A stretch of 64,000 nt of DNA, taken from contig JAQGDQ010000783.1 in the NCBI GenBank assembly GCA_030141605.1, positions 31,991-95,990 on the forward strand, read 5' to 3'. Below, one piece after another: positions 1 through 11,996 of this stretch (position 1 is its first letter; each line of letters begins with the position of its first letter). Both the position numbers and the translations under genes were made by a program. Source of the DNA: Tubiluchus corallicola. Lineage: Eukaryota > Animalia > Priapulida. Under the pieces are notes generated by a model. The model did no database searches and was not told the origin of the DNA. It worked only from the letters and a program-made list of their open reading frames with translations.

Positions 1-218
1 TTGGCGGCCATCTCAGATTTTGACCAAAATAGAGTGTCCTTAATGAGCATAGTCTGAGGAACTTTTGTGTTTCAATAAAGTTTCATGCCTCTTTCATTTT
101 TGCGCAATTCATCTCTTAATAGCTGGGACTATCCTGAAGTTAGCACATTTTAATTTGCATAACTTAGAGTGTGAAAATGTCTTTGTTGGGATAATCGTCC
201 CAGTAGGCTTTGACTGGA

Positions 219-1250
219 TTAGTGAGAAACGTAGTAAATGAGATTGACCACTTTTTTTACTAAGGGGTATGTGCACATTCCTAAACCTTTAAAACTTTTG
301 ATAAAATGAATTCCTATATCTCTGTGATTGCATACAAACGTAACATTATTTGGCAAATTTGGGTAGAGCGTGTACAGTTCATGTTTTCCTGTATAGTGAA
401 GAAAATAAGCTTCGTTCATTTTGATTTTAGGATGAAAATGTTCCATCCAGCCATTTATTACCAAATCTTTGTCACCAGGTACTAAAGGTAGAAATGTTTT
501 ATTTTGCTTCACTGTATGATACCATTGTCTAAACTCTGCCCAAATCCAAGGCATTGGTGCACAACCCCACGTGCTGAAAAGTCGATAGAGAAAAACAATG
601 TCTGTAAAAGTAGGACAAACAACATCCCTATCCACTCCAGGCTTGACAACAAGCCGACCTCGGTACAAAGTTATGCTGGCCAAATCCGCCAGATCCTTGT
701 ACATATAAATTGCAGCCTTCAACCATTTATAATAGTGTATAGAGACTTCACAATCATCTTCTAAGATAAGACCAAATTCTTTGCCCCTTCTGTCTAAATC
801 TGGCGTCCATGTATCATACCATTGTGTATAAGCACCAGCATGCTCACTTCTTACATGGACTGTCTTTCTTCCATGTGTCCATTTTGCTTGCTGTGCCACC
901 TGCACAGTCTTTTCATCAGCAAAACCATCAACAGGACAGTCAATCCAGATTTCAAGAAGAACTGTAACATTCATGTAATCAGCAGATTCAAGGGACAAAA
1001 GCAATCTTCTGAGCGAATAGTTTCAATTAAAAGCTATAACTGTTATTGTTAAACGAAAGTCAAATTTTATTAATGAAAAGGGATTCACTTCTACGTTTGC
1101 TGGTAAATTAGTAACTCCGTCGTTGTCATAAAATAAATTCGCAAAACGAACAAAAAAGTAAGATGATTTCAATAACAGTAGAAGTATTACAGCACAACAG
1201 AGATAAAAGAGACACAAATGAGTCTTCATAGCGGTAACTGAAATACGCAT
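219..1250 (-). pseudogene. GT2-like glycosyltransferase (resembles plant At5g60700/At5g12260 type), intronless, with in-frame TGA
   Basis: N-terminal TM segment (LCLFYLCCAVILLLLL); ITVIAFN*NYSLRRLLLSL where the family has NR..SL.RLL.SL; LILEDDCEVS..YYKWL; LFSTWG. TGA at 1023-1025. Probable extra-A frameshift near the C-terminus (PLVKK/W). Confidence 0.75.
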
Positions 1251-1780
1251 ATTTGTCTTTCTAATGACCTCGGAATATCGCGCACTTCAAACTTTCTTCT
1301 ATCCGTCCTGCCGCTTAAAAACATTATTTTCACATAAATAGTCTTATAAAATGATCAGCATTAATGAATCGTTTTCTTAATAAGTAAAAAACTAGCAAGT
1401 CCAACCACTATAGAAAATAAATCACGCACAAACACATCACAGTGAAATTACTTTCAATAGATCTGTCCATTTTAAGCTGGTACTTTTGTGTATATTGTTG
1501 TTTTATACTTCAATTTCTGTTCGCATATTCCAGTTCCTGTTTCTGCGTATTAAATATGTTATTGTTTTATCCACTTTTCATCTGCAAATAAACAAATCTA
1601 CAAAAACGCTCAATTTTGCAATATTTTTGAAAAAAAAACCAACGTAAGCTAGCGAGCTTTGGCAGTTGTTGTAAGTTGCGAAAGATAATTTTTGAAAAAG
1701 TGTGCGAACGTTACATATAGATTTGTCATCGCATAGCCGTATGTGGCTTAGGGTTTCTCGGTTTTACATACGGTTCTGAA

Positions 1781-2770
1781 ATGAGGGGACACAGACGTTT
1801 ATCTAAGTTACTCTTAGGAGTTTTTGTGGTCGCCATTATTTTTTTGTTTGATGAAACAATTATGTTAAGTACGAGTAGGTTAATGCACAGAAAAGGACCG
1901 CTGCCTCCCAAGCAAATGGAAAGCCTCAAAGCGGCAACGAAACCGGTAAAGTTAATCGATTTGTGCAAAAATATCACTGCTAATGGCAAAATACCTTATA
2001 TTGCCATTGCTAACCAATGATACGTAAATATAACATTGAGCTGGTTGTGTAACATCAGAATGATGGGAATATTAGATCAGATTATTATAGTTGCTACAGA
2101 TGAGGATACACGTGTGATTCTGCTGGGTCTTTGGCCGAATTTGAACGTGTACAAACACACAACTCAAAAACCACTAAAAATGAAATACGAATTTGACAGT
2201 ACTGGGTACAGATATATAATTCTAGAGCGAATACATTTGCTTCACGAACTTCTGTTGGAAGGAATTGCTTTTCACATCTTTGAAACAGATGCTGTGTGGT
2301 TGAAAAACCCTATACCTCTGCTTGAAGAACACAGTGGAGTGGATTCGATAGGATCTCTTGTTGGCGAAAGACTTGACAATTATAACATTTCTGTCAATTT
2401 CATGTTCGTCAACAATACCATTAGTGCCCGCCATATTTGGGGTGAGATGGTACAAAGAGTGGAAAATGATTTTCGACATAAATACGAGCAGGGAGTTTTA
2501 GATAATTTATGCAAAATAGGCTATGCAAAAGCAAAGTGCGATTTTTACCCCTACAATCAAGTAGCAGATGGTCTTGTTTATTTTACTCAGGGTGCTAAAG
2601 ACTTTGCTCCTGATCCTGCTGTGATTAATATCAACTGGATTATTGGGATTGACATGAAGGTGACTATAGCTAGAAAACATAGTCACTGGTTCTTGGACAG
2701 TAACAATAAGACATGTTTAGAGATTGATTTGAACAGATATCACAGGAAAACTAGTTTTAAAGCGCAATAG
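1781..2770 (+). pseudogene. Nucleotide-diphospho-sugar transferase (GT77/Nucleotid_trans-like), intronless, single in-frame TGA
   Basis: TM segment LLLGVFVVAIIFLF; IANQ*YVNITLSWLCN, IIVATD, FETDAVWLKNP, EQGVL, NINWIIGIDMKV. ORFs 1781..2020 and 2036..2770 share a frame and are separated only by TGA at 2018-2020. Confidence 0.75.
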
Positions 2771-2879
2771 TTTTGATGAAGCAGATCAAATATTTTGTGT
2801 TATTTGAGTAACACAAGCACACACTTTTAGCCCTGCTGTTCACATCATAGCAGCTAAAGCATTTACTGACATGACCTTT

Positions 2880-4361
2880 GAGACTGCAGTGTCATGCAAC
2901 CCGGTGACGTCTTTTCCATCCAAGATGGCTCAAAAATATGGCTGACCAGACACACACTCATCGGTTCCTGCTCCAGCAGTGACTAAAGTTGACATATCTG
3001 AAGTGGATGGGACCAAAAGTTGTTTGTGTGACGGTTTGTCTCTCACACTAGGTGCTAATCTAGGCCTTTCAGCTGGAGGGGCCTTCTTTCTTGGGTAAGA
3101 GGAAGCATAATGGCACTGCTGGGCATAATGGTAACATTGCATTTTGGCTGGTGCTGTTCCTCCTTCGGGTGTTGCAGGTGTTACATCAGGTTTACGGTTT
3201 GCTGATGATGAAGAGAATTTAATAGAGGTTGTTGCTCTGGGATTCTGAGATGAAATATAAGCTTCAGCTTTTTGGGCGGCTTCGTCAAGTTTTTAGATGC
3301 AAATTTTCTTCAGCCACAAAGCGATTATTGCAGGGATTATTGTCATGAAAGGCTATTAAATCAAGGGCCCGATCTTTACTAGTGACCGACATAGCATCTG
3401 CCCAGTCCCGTAGGCTCTGCCTGAGGCGTTCCACTGTCTGCGTACACGTCTCATCTTTGCGTTTAGAAAGGTCCCTAAACGCTGTGGTAACTCTCAGGAG
3501 TCACCATATAAGCTGCAATAATGGCTTCCTTGACTTTGGTATAAGAACGAATATCATCCCCTTCAATAAGTTGGAAGGCATAACTAGACTTACCCGAGAG
3601 ATGAGGGGCAAGAGAACAACACCACTGTGACCTTGGTATATCATTCACCTGGCAACAACGCTCATAATAAGCCAAGTATTCCAGGATCGACTCAAATTTA
3701 CCTTCATAAAAGGTCGCACTTTGAGTTTAATATGCTGTATGGATTCAGTAGATGTAGAGTGTGCATTTGTGTTTGATGCATTTAATGAAAGACGTGCTCT
3801 TTGTAACACTCTGTCATGTCTTTTGCTTTCTTGCATTCTTTCCCTCTCTTTCTCTCGTTCCTGTTGAGGTTCCCTTTTCCCTAATTCACGCATCTGCCAT
3901 TCTCTGTCTCTCGCTAACTCTCTTTCTCTCGCACTGGGCTCCTCCAGTCGTAAAATTAATTTAACTTTATCATCTAGGGGCAACCCAGTTAAATCATACA
4001 TGCCTGTCTTATTACTACTAGTTATTTGTGTGCTAGGATCGCTAAGCTGTTTTGCTGGTGTTTGGTGCAAGGTAAGACGTGGCGGACTCAAGTCGGGAGA
4101 GGGCAGTGCTAACTTCGTAGCTTGTGCTTTCTCGACTGTCTGTTGTACTGCTGACAACAGTGTAGTGACGGGCGAAACCATTCCTTGTTGGGATTCCGAT
4201 GGTACAGGGCACCGGGCCTGAATTTCTAATATTGTGTCAATAAGAACTACCCGCCTATTAGACAAAGAGATCATACCCAATGATCTAGCTATTTCTCGAA
4301 GCTTGGACATTGGCAAATCGTCCAACATTTCTCTCGTATAGATATTGTCTTCGTCTTTCAT
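2880..4361 (-). mobile_element. Decayed Ty3/Gypsy (Gmr1-like) LTR-retrotransposon gag-protease fragment
   Basis: E/R-rich coiled coil, then frameshifted YLAYYERCCQVNDIPRSQW...LSGK...YTKVKEAIIAAYMVTPESY (SCAN-related capsid), degenerate zinc knuckle CYHYAQQCHYASSYP, and protease-like ILDGKDVTGLHDTAVS. Confidence 0.8.
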
Positions 4362-4866
4362 GTTTATTAATGTAATATTATAATACTGTGAGTGTGAATA
4401 AAGCAGTCAAATACGAAACATATTATTAAGTTTAATGACACAATAAAAATATCAAAATTCGTGAAATTTAGCTTTTTTTACTTTTATGAAAACAAATGCA
4501 AACTATATTATGGAATCTTATATTCCAGCACAAAATTACCAGGGAAATGTTAAAAAATACTAAAATCTAATTTACCCATTTTTCTGTCTACAAACGAGTA
4601 CTGCAATTGTAAAAACACTTGTATTTAATAATATGCGAGATACACATGCATAAATCTTATCTTACCTATCTCTAAATTTGTTTTTTTAAACTTTTCTGAA
4701 TTAAAATACATTAAGAATCAACGAAATCCTTATAACGAATGCTGCTCTGTAACCAAAGCCGTAAAAAGTATAATATATTTTTCGTAACAGCATTTTAGAA
4801 GCTGCAAGGCGTATAATTTCTCATGTATGTTCGTCGTTGCTTTTGAAACAGTTGCGCATTTTCAAT

Positions 4867-7675
4867 ATGGCAAGGAAAACGGCCGCCATTAAATTGCTTG
4901 TTTTTATACTTTCAAGTTATACTTGTGTAAAAGTACTCCATATATTTATTTACAACACGTCAACAACTGATTTTGTATTTCGCTACAAAAATTATTTGCA
5001 ACAACAGTTTGTCAACAGACGCGATGACTATGAAAGGTAAATTCAGTAACGCACGTTATTCAAAAATTAGTAAGTCGTATAATCTTAAAAAAATTACTGC
5101 AAAGTCGGTTTTGCGAAATTTGATTTTCCAACGTTGGAATAAAGATTCAAAAGAACTTACTCATAATTCTTCTTATATATTTTGGCCTACAGGACTATAA
5201 GGTGGTTGATTGATAAAGAAAAAAAGACCTTCGACATGAGAGGTACGTTAGTGGATTGTGATACGTGAGGTTAGCGGTATTTTTACATATTTAATACAAT
5301 TGCGAAAACGGAACTGTCCATTCATTGCTACATTATTGTGCTTTTTAATTCAAATGTAGACTCTAGACTGGTTCATAGCAAACGACATTGTCTTTCTGGA
5401 TTCCAAGGTCCAGTCAGAAAAGATCGAGACAGAAATGATAATAGCATTTTATACATTTTAAAACACTAACTGGGTTGCTGCCACAGAATCTGTTTGAATT
5501 TACGTTTTTCGAAAGTAGTTTAAAGGTTAACATATTCTATATGTACATTTGTTATAGATCTCTATCCCAGGGTGGAGCAGGTAAAGACTGATTTATTGAA
5601 GCACTAGATGAATCTTATAATACCTACTAGCCTCTCAACCCAAGCACCCGTATAGCATTGTCTTTGTTGGCAACTTTAATGCCAAATGTAAGGTCTGGGG
5701 CCAGGCAGAGTTAAATGAATATCCAATTGGCCGTAACTTAAATAATCTCATTGTACAAAATCAATTATTCCATTTAATTACCAATCACTCTCGAGTAAAT
5801 AGTACGTCAAAGTCTGTACTGGATTTGATAACCACAAACTCACTTTGATTATTTACTAACTATGATGTACTTTCACAAATATTTACATGCGATTATAATC
5901 CCATTTTTGGTAAAATTTGTGTCAAAATTCCAGTACGTCATGCTTTCAAAGGTATATGATTATAATTATGCAGATTGGCCAGCATTAAATCAGCAATCTC
6001 TGCTGGAAATTGGGAGGTTATGATTTCAAATGACTGACTATCAATATAGTTACTGATAAAATACAAACAAAAATAACTAAAATTACTAACTAAACTACAC
6101 AAACATCTATTTGCCAGCAAAATGTCGTATACAGTTAAACACACCAGCCAGATTAAAAGGCGCTATTTTCTACCATAGCTGTGTTGTTAGTTCTGTTATT
6201 GAGATTGCGCTTCAAGACCACTATGACTTTCGACTCGCTCCAAATAAAGAATCTAATCTAATCTAATCAGTGCTCTCACTTCAGCATGTTATCCAAATTT
6301 GTTCAACTCTAAGCTGTGACTTGCCCAGTTTACGCTTGCAAACTACACAAAATAAAAAGATTTGTGTAAGAAAAACCTGTGTCTTAAGTTGCATAATTAT
6401 ATACATTGACTTACGTATTTGGCCATTGTTTATTTTTATAATAAATTTAGTGGTGTGTGTCTTGTATTCAGTTTTAATTAAATAACTTCTGCCATGACAG
6501 CAAAGAAAGAACATATCGCACAGTTGCATGGCGCCAATTCCAGTATTGGGGAAAACACATGTAGTGCTATAAGCTTGAAAGCGGGGAATGAAAAGTTGAC
6601 CTTCTTAGCGTTTGACTTATTTACATTAGTACCTTGTTGCAGGATTTATAGAAGAGACAAATCTTCATCATCGACGTCATCCTCAGTCTCGTTATCAATT
6701 TGCAAACCAGTCCATGATTTCTTCTTTTTTAAAACTCCTAAATGTGCAAGCAGTGCTCTTCAAAACATATTCATGAGATACGGTAAATATAACAACCTGT
6801 CCTTTGCACTTCCTCGTAAGGGAAACCTCGTTGATGTAAATAAAGAATTTGGCAAAAGGATGCTTATCCCTCATCCAAGAAATGTCTACAATGTGTTCTG
6901 TCACCATACAATACTACATATAGACAAAGTTAAGATGCTAATGCCAAAAGTAAAGTTTTTATCAATTTTACGTCAGCCTACCTCATGGTTGGAGTCTGTT
7001 TACAGCTATGGTGGTTATGAGAAGTATATTGGTGTTAACATAACAACGTTTTTACAATGTCCATTGAATTACTCTGCACGTGGTACTCGTGCAAAGAACA
7101 TTTATAAATTAAGCAATGGTATGCTGCGATTGTTTGGATTACAGAGAACAGATTATAATAACACCACTGCAGCTCCGAAACTCATAAAAGAAATACAGAA
7201 TAAGTTTGCTTTAATAATGATAGCTGAGAGATTTGACGAGTTGCTAGTTCTTCTGAAAAACCTACTTTGTTGGGATTGGAAAGATGTTACAGTGTTTAAA
7301 ACAAACGTTCGAAAATCGTCAAAGAAGACAATACTCTCAAATTGGCAAAATCGCATAGTGGAGCAATGGAGTGAATGGGATACATTATTCTACAGAACAA
7401 TTTTAAGTGATTTTAATAAAAAGGTGAAAAACTATGGCAGTGATAAAATGTCAAAAGATTTAGAAATTTTAAGGCTTCATATTCGTTCAGCAGAAAATTC
7501 ATGTGTTCTAAGTAACTGCTCCTCTGAAGTTCTTGACCCGCGTTTCAAGTCTTCAACCTCAGCCATATGCACATACAAACTGCGAAGAGGAGCCCCTAAC
7601 TTCTGTATCGACATCTTGAAAACAGAGATGTTCTTCACTCAAGAACTCCAATTTCAGCAGTGGCAGAAATTATAG
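4867..7675 (+). CDS. GAL3ST: Galactose-3-O-sulfotransferase-like, 2 exons (4867-5036, 6643-7675), about 400 aa, intact
   Basis: Exon 1 has ATG plus TM segment (LLVFILSSYTCVKVLHIFIY) and donor AG|GTAAAT; acceptor TTGTTGCAG|; the phase-2 join is in frame. Motifs FKTPKCASSALQNIFMRYG, SILRQP..WLESVYSY, IMIAERFDELLVLLKNLLCW. Confidence 0.9.
5540..6000 (+). mobile_element. Decayed LINE APE-endonuclease fragment in the GAL3ST intron (mirror about 21950-22410)
   Basis: Broken frames give CYRS..., FIEALDES, IVFVGNFNAKCKVWG, SKSVLDLITTN. Confidence 0.65.
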
Positions 7676-8309
7676 TATTGCAAAAGTCAGGCAAACAATG
7701 AGCTTGGAATTCAGAATTAAGATTCTGCTAAGCATAAAGGAGGGTAATTCAGATCCTACCGTAATTTCGTTCTTCGTTTAATTGGACAAGAATATTTTAA
7801 GCAGACAGCACACTACGTACTTGTGGAAATGAGGAGCAAACACCTGAGCACATATTGTGCCTTGACAGGCGAGTGGAAAACTGGAAAATAGCTATCTTAG
7901 GAAAGGAAATGGTTTTTAAGGAGTGATGCTTCCGTGAACTGCATGATGATTATGTAACAAAATTCTGGTTAAAAAAAACTAATTTGATCAAAAATCAACG
8001 TTTTACTGATTTTGTTATTTCTGGATTCAAAAGTACATCAGAGGTGCACAAAGCACCTTGCAGTAAACCTTGAGAGTCTAAAAAGAGAGTCTAAAAGCTG
8101 TTGCTGAAGATTTTTACATCTTTCACAGTTTCTGAAGATTGTTGCGTCTATCACAGTTAATGTCATTGATTACATCAGAATAAGACTTGGTCTGAGCGTA
8201 GCGATTCAAAACTACATCAGCATTTGCCAACTCACTGGAGATCTCATAATGACAGTGACAGTAATCAGCAGATCTACATTTATACAACAGTAGGTTCACA
8301 AATCTCATT

Positions 8310-9360
8310 ACATAAGAGATTAAACATTTTTTTAAGTGATTCAAATATAGATAACTTGGAGAGTGTTATGAATACACAGTTAAATAAAGTAACAGAATGG
8401 CTGAATGTAAATAAGCTCTCATTGAATATTAATAAATCTAACTTCATGCTCATAAAAAAGAAAAGGAGAACACCATCAAGAAATATAACCATAATTCTTA
8501 GTAATGTTATCGTTGAAAAAAAGTCACATGTTAAATATTTGGGAATATTTCCTGATGAGCACCTAGACTGGAAGTACCAAATAAGTATAACAAAGCATAA
8601 ATTGACCTTGGGAATCATCTGTAAATTACGCAAGTTTGTTAATAGAGAAACATTGATGAAAATCTATTACAGTTTAGTCTACCCACATCTAATATATGGA
8701 GTCATGTCTTGGGATGGTGTATATAAAAGTAATCTGGAAGCTTTACAAATTACCCAGAACAAAATTCTCAAACTAATATATCATGTAAGGTATGACCATC
8801 CCACAAATATAATATATTTATCTGTTAAAAGTCTTAAACTGAAAGAAATATATGACATGTATTGTCTTCATTTCATGTACCTACCATAATTCATTACTTC
8901 CACCAGCTTTTCAGTCATACTTTAGTCCAGTTTCAAATCAACATGATCATTAAACAAGATATTCAGTCGAAAACTATGTACTCCCCCTTCCAAAAACAAA
9001 TATAATGAAATAGTCATCAAAATATAATGCTATTAAAATATGGTCATCAATTCCGCGTGAAATGGAAACTCTTAATCTTTATCAATTTAAAAAAGCATCA
9101 AAGAATTACCTACTACAACAGTATAATTAACTCACAATTTTACTCATCCTGACCTTAAGTTACTAACAAAACTTATTTTGTTCTATTGTATGCTATAACT
9201 GATGAAAATGTAATGTTAATTGTCAATTATTTCACTTATCTGGAGGAGGACTCGAAAGCTAAATGCTCCTTCCTCCTCCTCACAGTAACTCGCATAGTTT
9301 ATTTTTTTTCTTCAATGTTACATAATTTATATGTATGTTTGAGTTGCTGTGAAATAAATT
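8310..9360 (+). mobile_element. 5'-truncated LINE (CR1/L2 group), RT C-terminus and 3' UTR
   Basis: LNKVTEWLNVNKLSLNINKSNFM, KYLGIFxDEHLDWK, KIYYSLVYPHLIYG; 3' stem-loop GGAGGAGGA...TCCTCCTCC at 9242-9279; AATAAA at about 9353. Confidence 0.9.
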
Positions 9361-10152
9361 CATAATTCTCACAACGTAGTTAATTAATTGCTGGTGTTTT
9401 TTCGTTACTCAGAAAAACAGCGTTCATTGATTTATTTGCTCCCCTCTCTAATACAGTTTACAATCTTTCTTCCACTTCAAACACGGAGAAGTAAAACAAC
9501 TAGAGCGGAAGCACTAATGTGATTGGATCTTTCCCATTCTGTTTTCTCAGTTAATGGTTCATTTAGAAAATCACGGAAAGCATTTACTGTTGTCATGGCC
9601 CTTTTTGGTAAAAATTTAGAATTTACGACGTTGCAAGTACATTCTAAATCCATTCAGTACAATAGAACGAAAGCAACCCCAACAATGTCACTGTGGTTTG
9701 TATAAGAAAGATCTATTTAATGAGAATATTTGAGGGCAGTACAGAGAAAGTGAAAAGTCAGCTTCTTAACAGTTCTCTAAAATGAAAACTGCCCAGCTAA
9801 CTGAAAACTGAAAGCTTTTAAAGACATATGTAACAACAGCGACGACATGAACAAGCTTGATGGATCATGCACTTTGTTCTGTGTCCAAAAATACAACATT
9901 TCTGCAGCAGGACTAATGTATTGGAAAGTATAAATGAAATTATTTTGAACACTCTAGCTGACTTATTTTAACACTCAAAACTGTTCTATAGCATTCTATT
10001 CTATAGTATATCCAATACACTAATTGTCTTTGCCTATGATAGCAGAACAAAGCTTTAGTTAAACAATTGTACTGCTTTGTTGTTAAGTCAGTGTTTAAAA
10101 TTACATATTTTTATACAAATTTTTTTTATTGCAGATATAATTTGACTTGACG

Positions 10153-10517
10153 ATGGCCACGTCAGTTCGGGGACAGCAACGTATGTTTATCGGCACATTC
10201 GTCATGTTAATCGCATTCATCACTTCCTGTACACGAAATCTCCTAGACGCAGTATCATTACAAATCCCAAAGTGTTTACCAGACAACAGAGACGTCCCCA
10301 AGTATTTCCTACAGTGGAAAACTTCATAAAAACAGAGATAATTAATGATTCGTTTTTTGATGAAACAAGAAGTCAGCCTGTGATAGTTACTGCCTTTGAC
10401 ACATCACATTACACAGAAGGGGAGGGCCTAATAAGGCACCTCGATCAGCAGTTTGGTAGAGATAACTATCATCTTGTAGTTTACGACTTGGGCCTTCAAA
10501 ATAATCAAAAGAAATTG
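10153..10517 (+). pseudogene. DUF1647-like gene, first coding exon only, 1-bp frameshift
   Basis: Acceptor TTTTATTGCAG at about 10134; ATG 10153 plus TM segment (MFIGTFVMLIAFIT); frameshift at AAGTATTTCCT (about 10300-10310) into PVIVTAFDTSHYTEG...LVVYDLGL; donor TTG|GTATTT. No downstream exons recognised. Confidence 0.65.
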
Positions 10518-11899
10518 GTATTTGTATCCTGTTATTACAGATGACAAAAGTTTGAGAGCTAAATCAAATATGTTAGTGTAAATGGTTTACTGAATTAAAG
10601 TTACAACGTTATAAGCAGAGTATAAAGGATGACTAAAGGATGTCAGAATAATTGTTTTTCCTTAACAGTCTTCCAAGCAGAAACGCCCGAAATCGAACAC
10701 CTAATCAACTCGTCACATCACCTCAGCATGAAGACGCCCTAAAATACAGACAATCATGTAGTCTTCCACTTTGTGCTAACATGAAAACACGACTTTTTGC
10801 TGTGACATTAACCTCTTCTTAGCAGACAACGACACGTATAATCTTTAGCTCAAAAGTAATGAAGAACTGATAAAAACTAATACATGGATATGTACTAATA
10901 AGTTAACAGTAAACTGTAATAAAATATAAATGAAAACTCCAATATAACAGTAACAATGCAAGACTGTTTATTAGAACAAGTACATGCATAAACAGCAGAG
11001 AGTTTACATGTAACACTTTAATTGGTCATCTTACATAAAGGGTCGTCTTTCCTACAAAGTAAGCAAAGTTACAGGTGTATTTTGTAAATTGAGGCATTAC
11101 TTGAGCACATATAGGCAATGTGTACCCACATATTGACTATTGTATCTTGTATTCTGAAACCACTTATAGCAGTACGCTACATATTTATAAAAATAATGAC
11201 TTTTGCTGGGTTCCGAGATTATGCTATCCCTTCTTATTAATAAGCCTTTTACTAAGTGCTTTGTAATTATTAAAAATAAATGAATTTTATAAGATAGAAC
11301 TAGCGAAACTCATGTTCAGTTTTAAAAAGGGATTCTACCTAAGTCATCTGTAATTATTTCAGTAAGATTAGTGACGTTCACCAATATTCTACGAGAGCAG
11401 CAACCAAACAAAATAATTTCCATGAAAGATTTAACGCAACAAAAAGTCTACATATTATAAAACATAATGATGCAGTTCAATGGAATAATACTTTCGGACG
11501 ATACCAAGCAATCAACTAGTATATGTCGCTTGAGTTAATTATATAAATATCAATTCTTGGAAACTTACTACCTAGGTTAACTACATGTGTCACATGTACG
11601 AGAGCAACTGCTTGCAAGAGCAACTACTGTTACAGCAGCTTCAGTTAATTCCAATAATTTTTTTGTTTAACTTCTGTTGATCAATTTCAAGATTGCAAAG
11701 TCTTGAATATTTATATTTTGAAGTATGGTCTCGATTATTAATTTCCTCATAAAGTCATTCAGGTATTTTTTGTGCTTTAAATACCTGCCTAATTTTTTTA
11801 AGTCAGATCATCGAAAATCGCTTTGTAATTTTTAATGGCTCCATTATACATTTGCTTGCTTATGCGCGATTATAACACACAACTTGCAATTTTGTTTGC

Positions 11900-11906
<7 letters not shown>

Positions 11907-11961
<55 letters not shown>

Positions 11962-11996
11962 TTGCATATATATGTGTGTGTGTGTGTGTGTGTGTT
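11907..11996 (+). repeat. Compound (TG)n microsatellite (mirror (CA)n about 15952-16042)
   Basis: Direct reading; the two arm copies differ in interruptions and length. Confidence 0.95.

Noticed and set aside
6494-6642. N-terminus of the 393-aa ORF as the real GAL3ST start
   Set aside because: It has no TM anchor; an acceptor at 6642 joins in frame to a TM-coding exon at 4867-5036.
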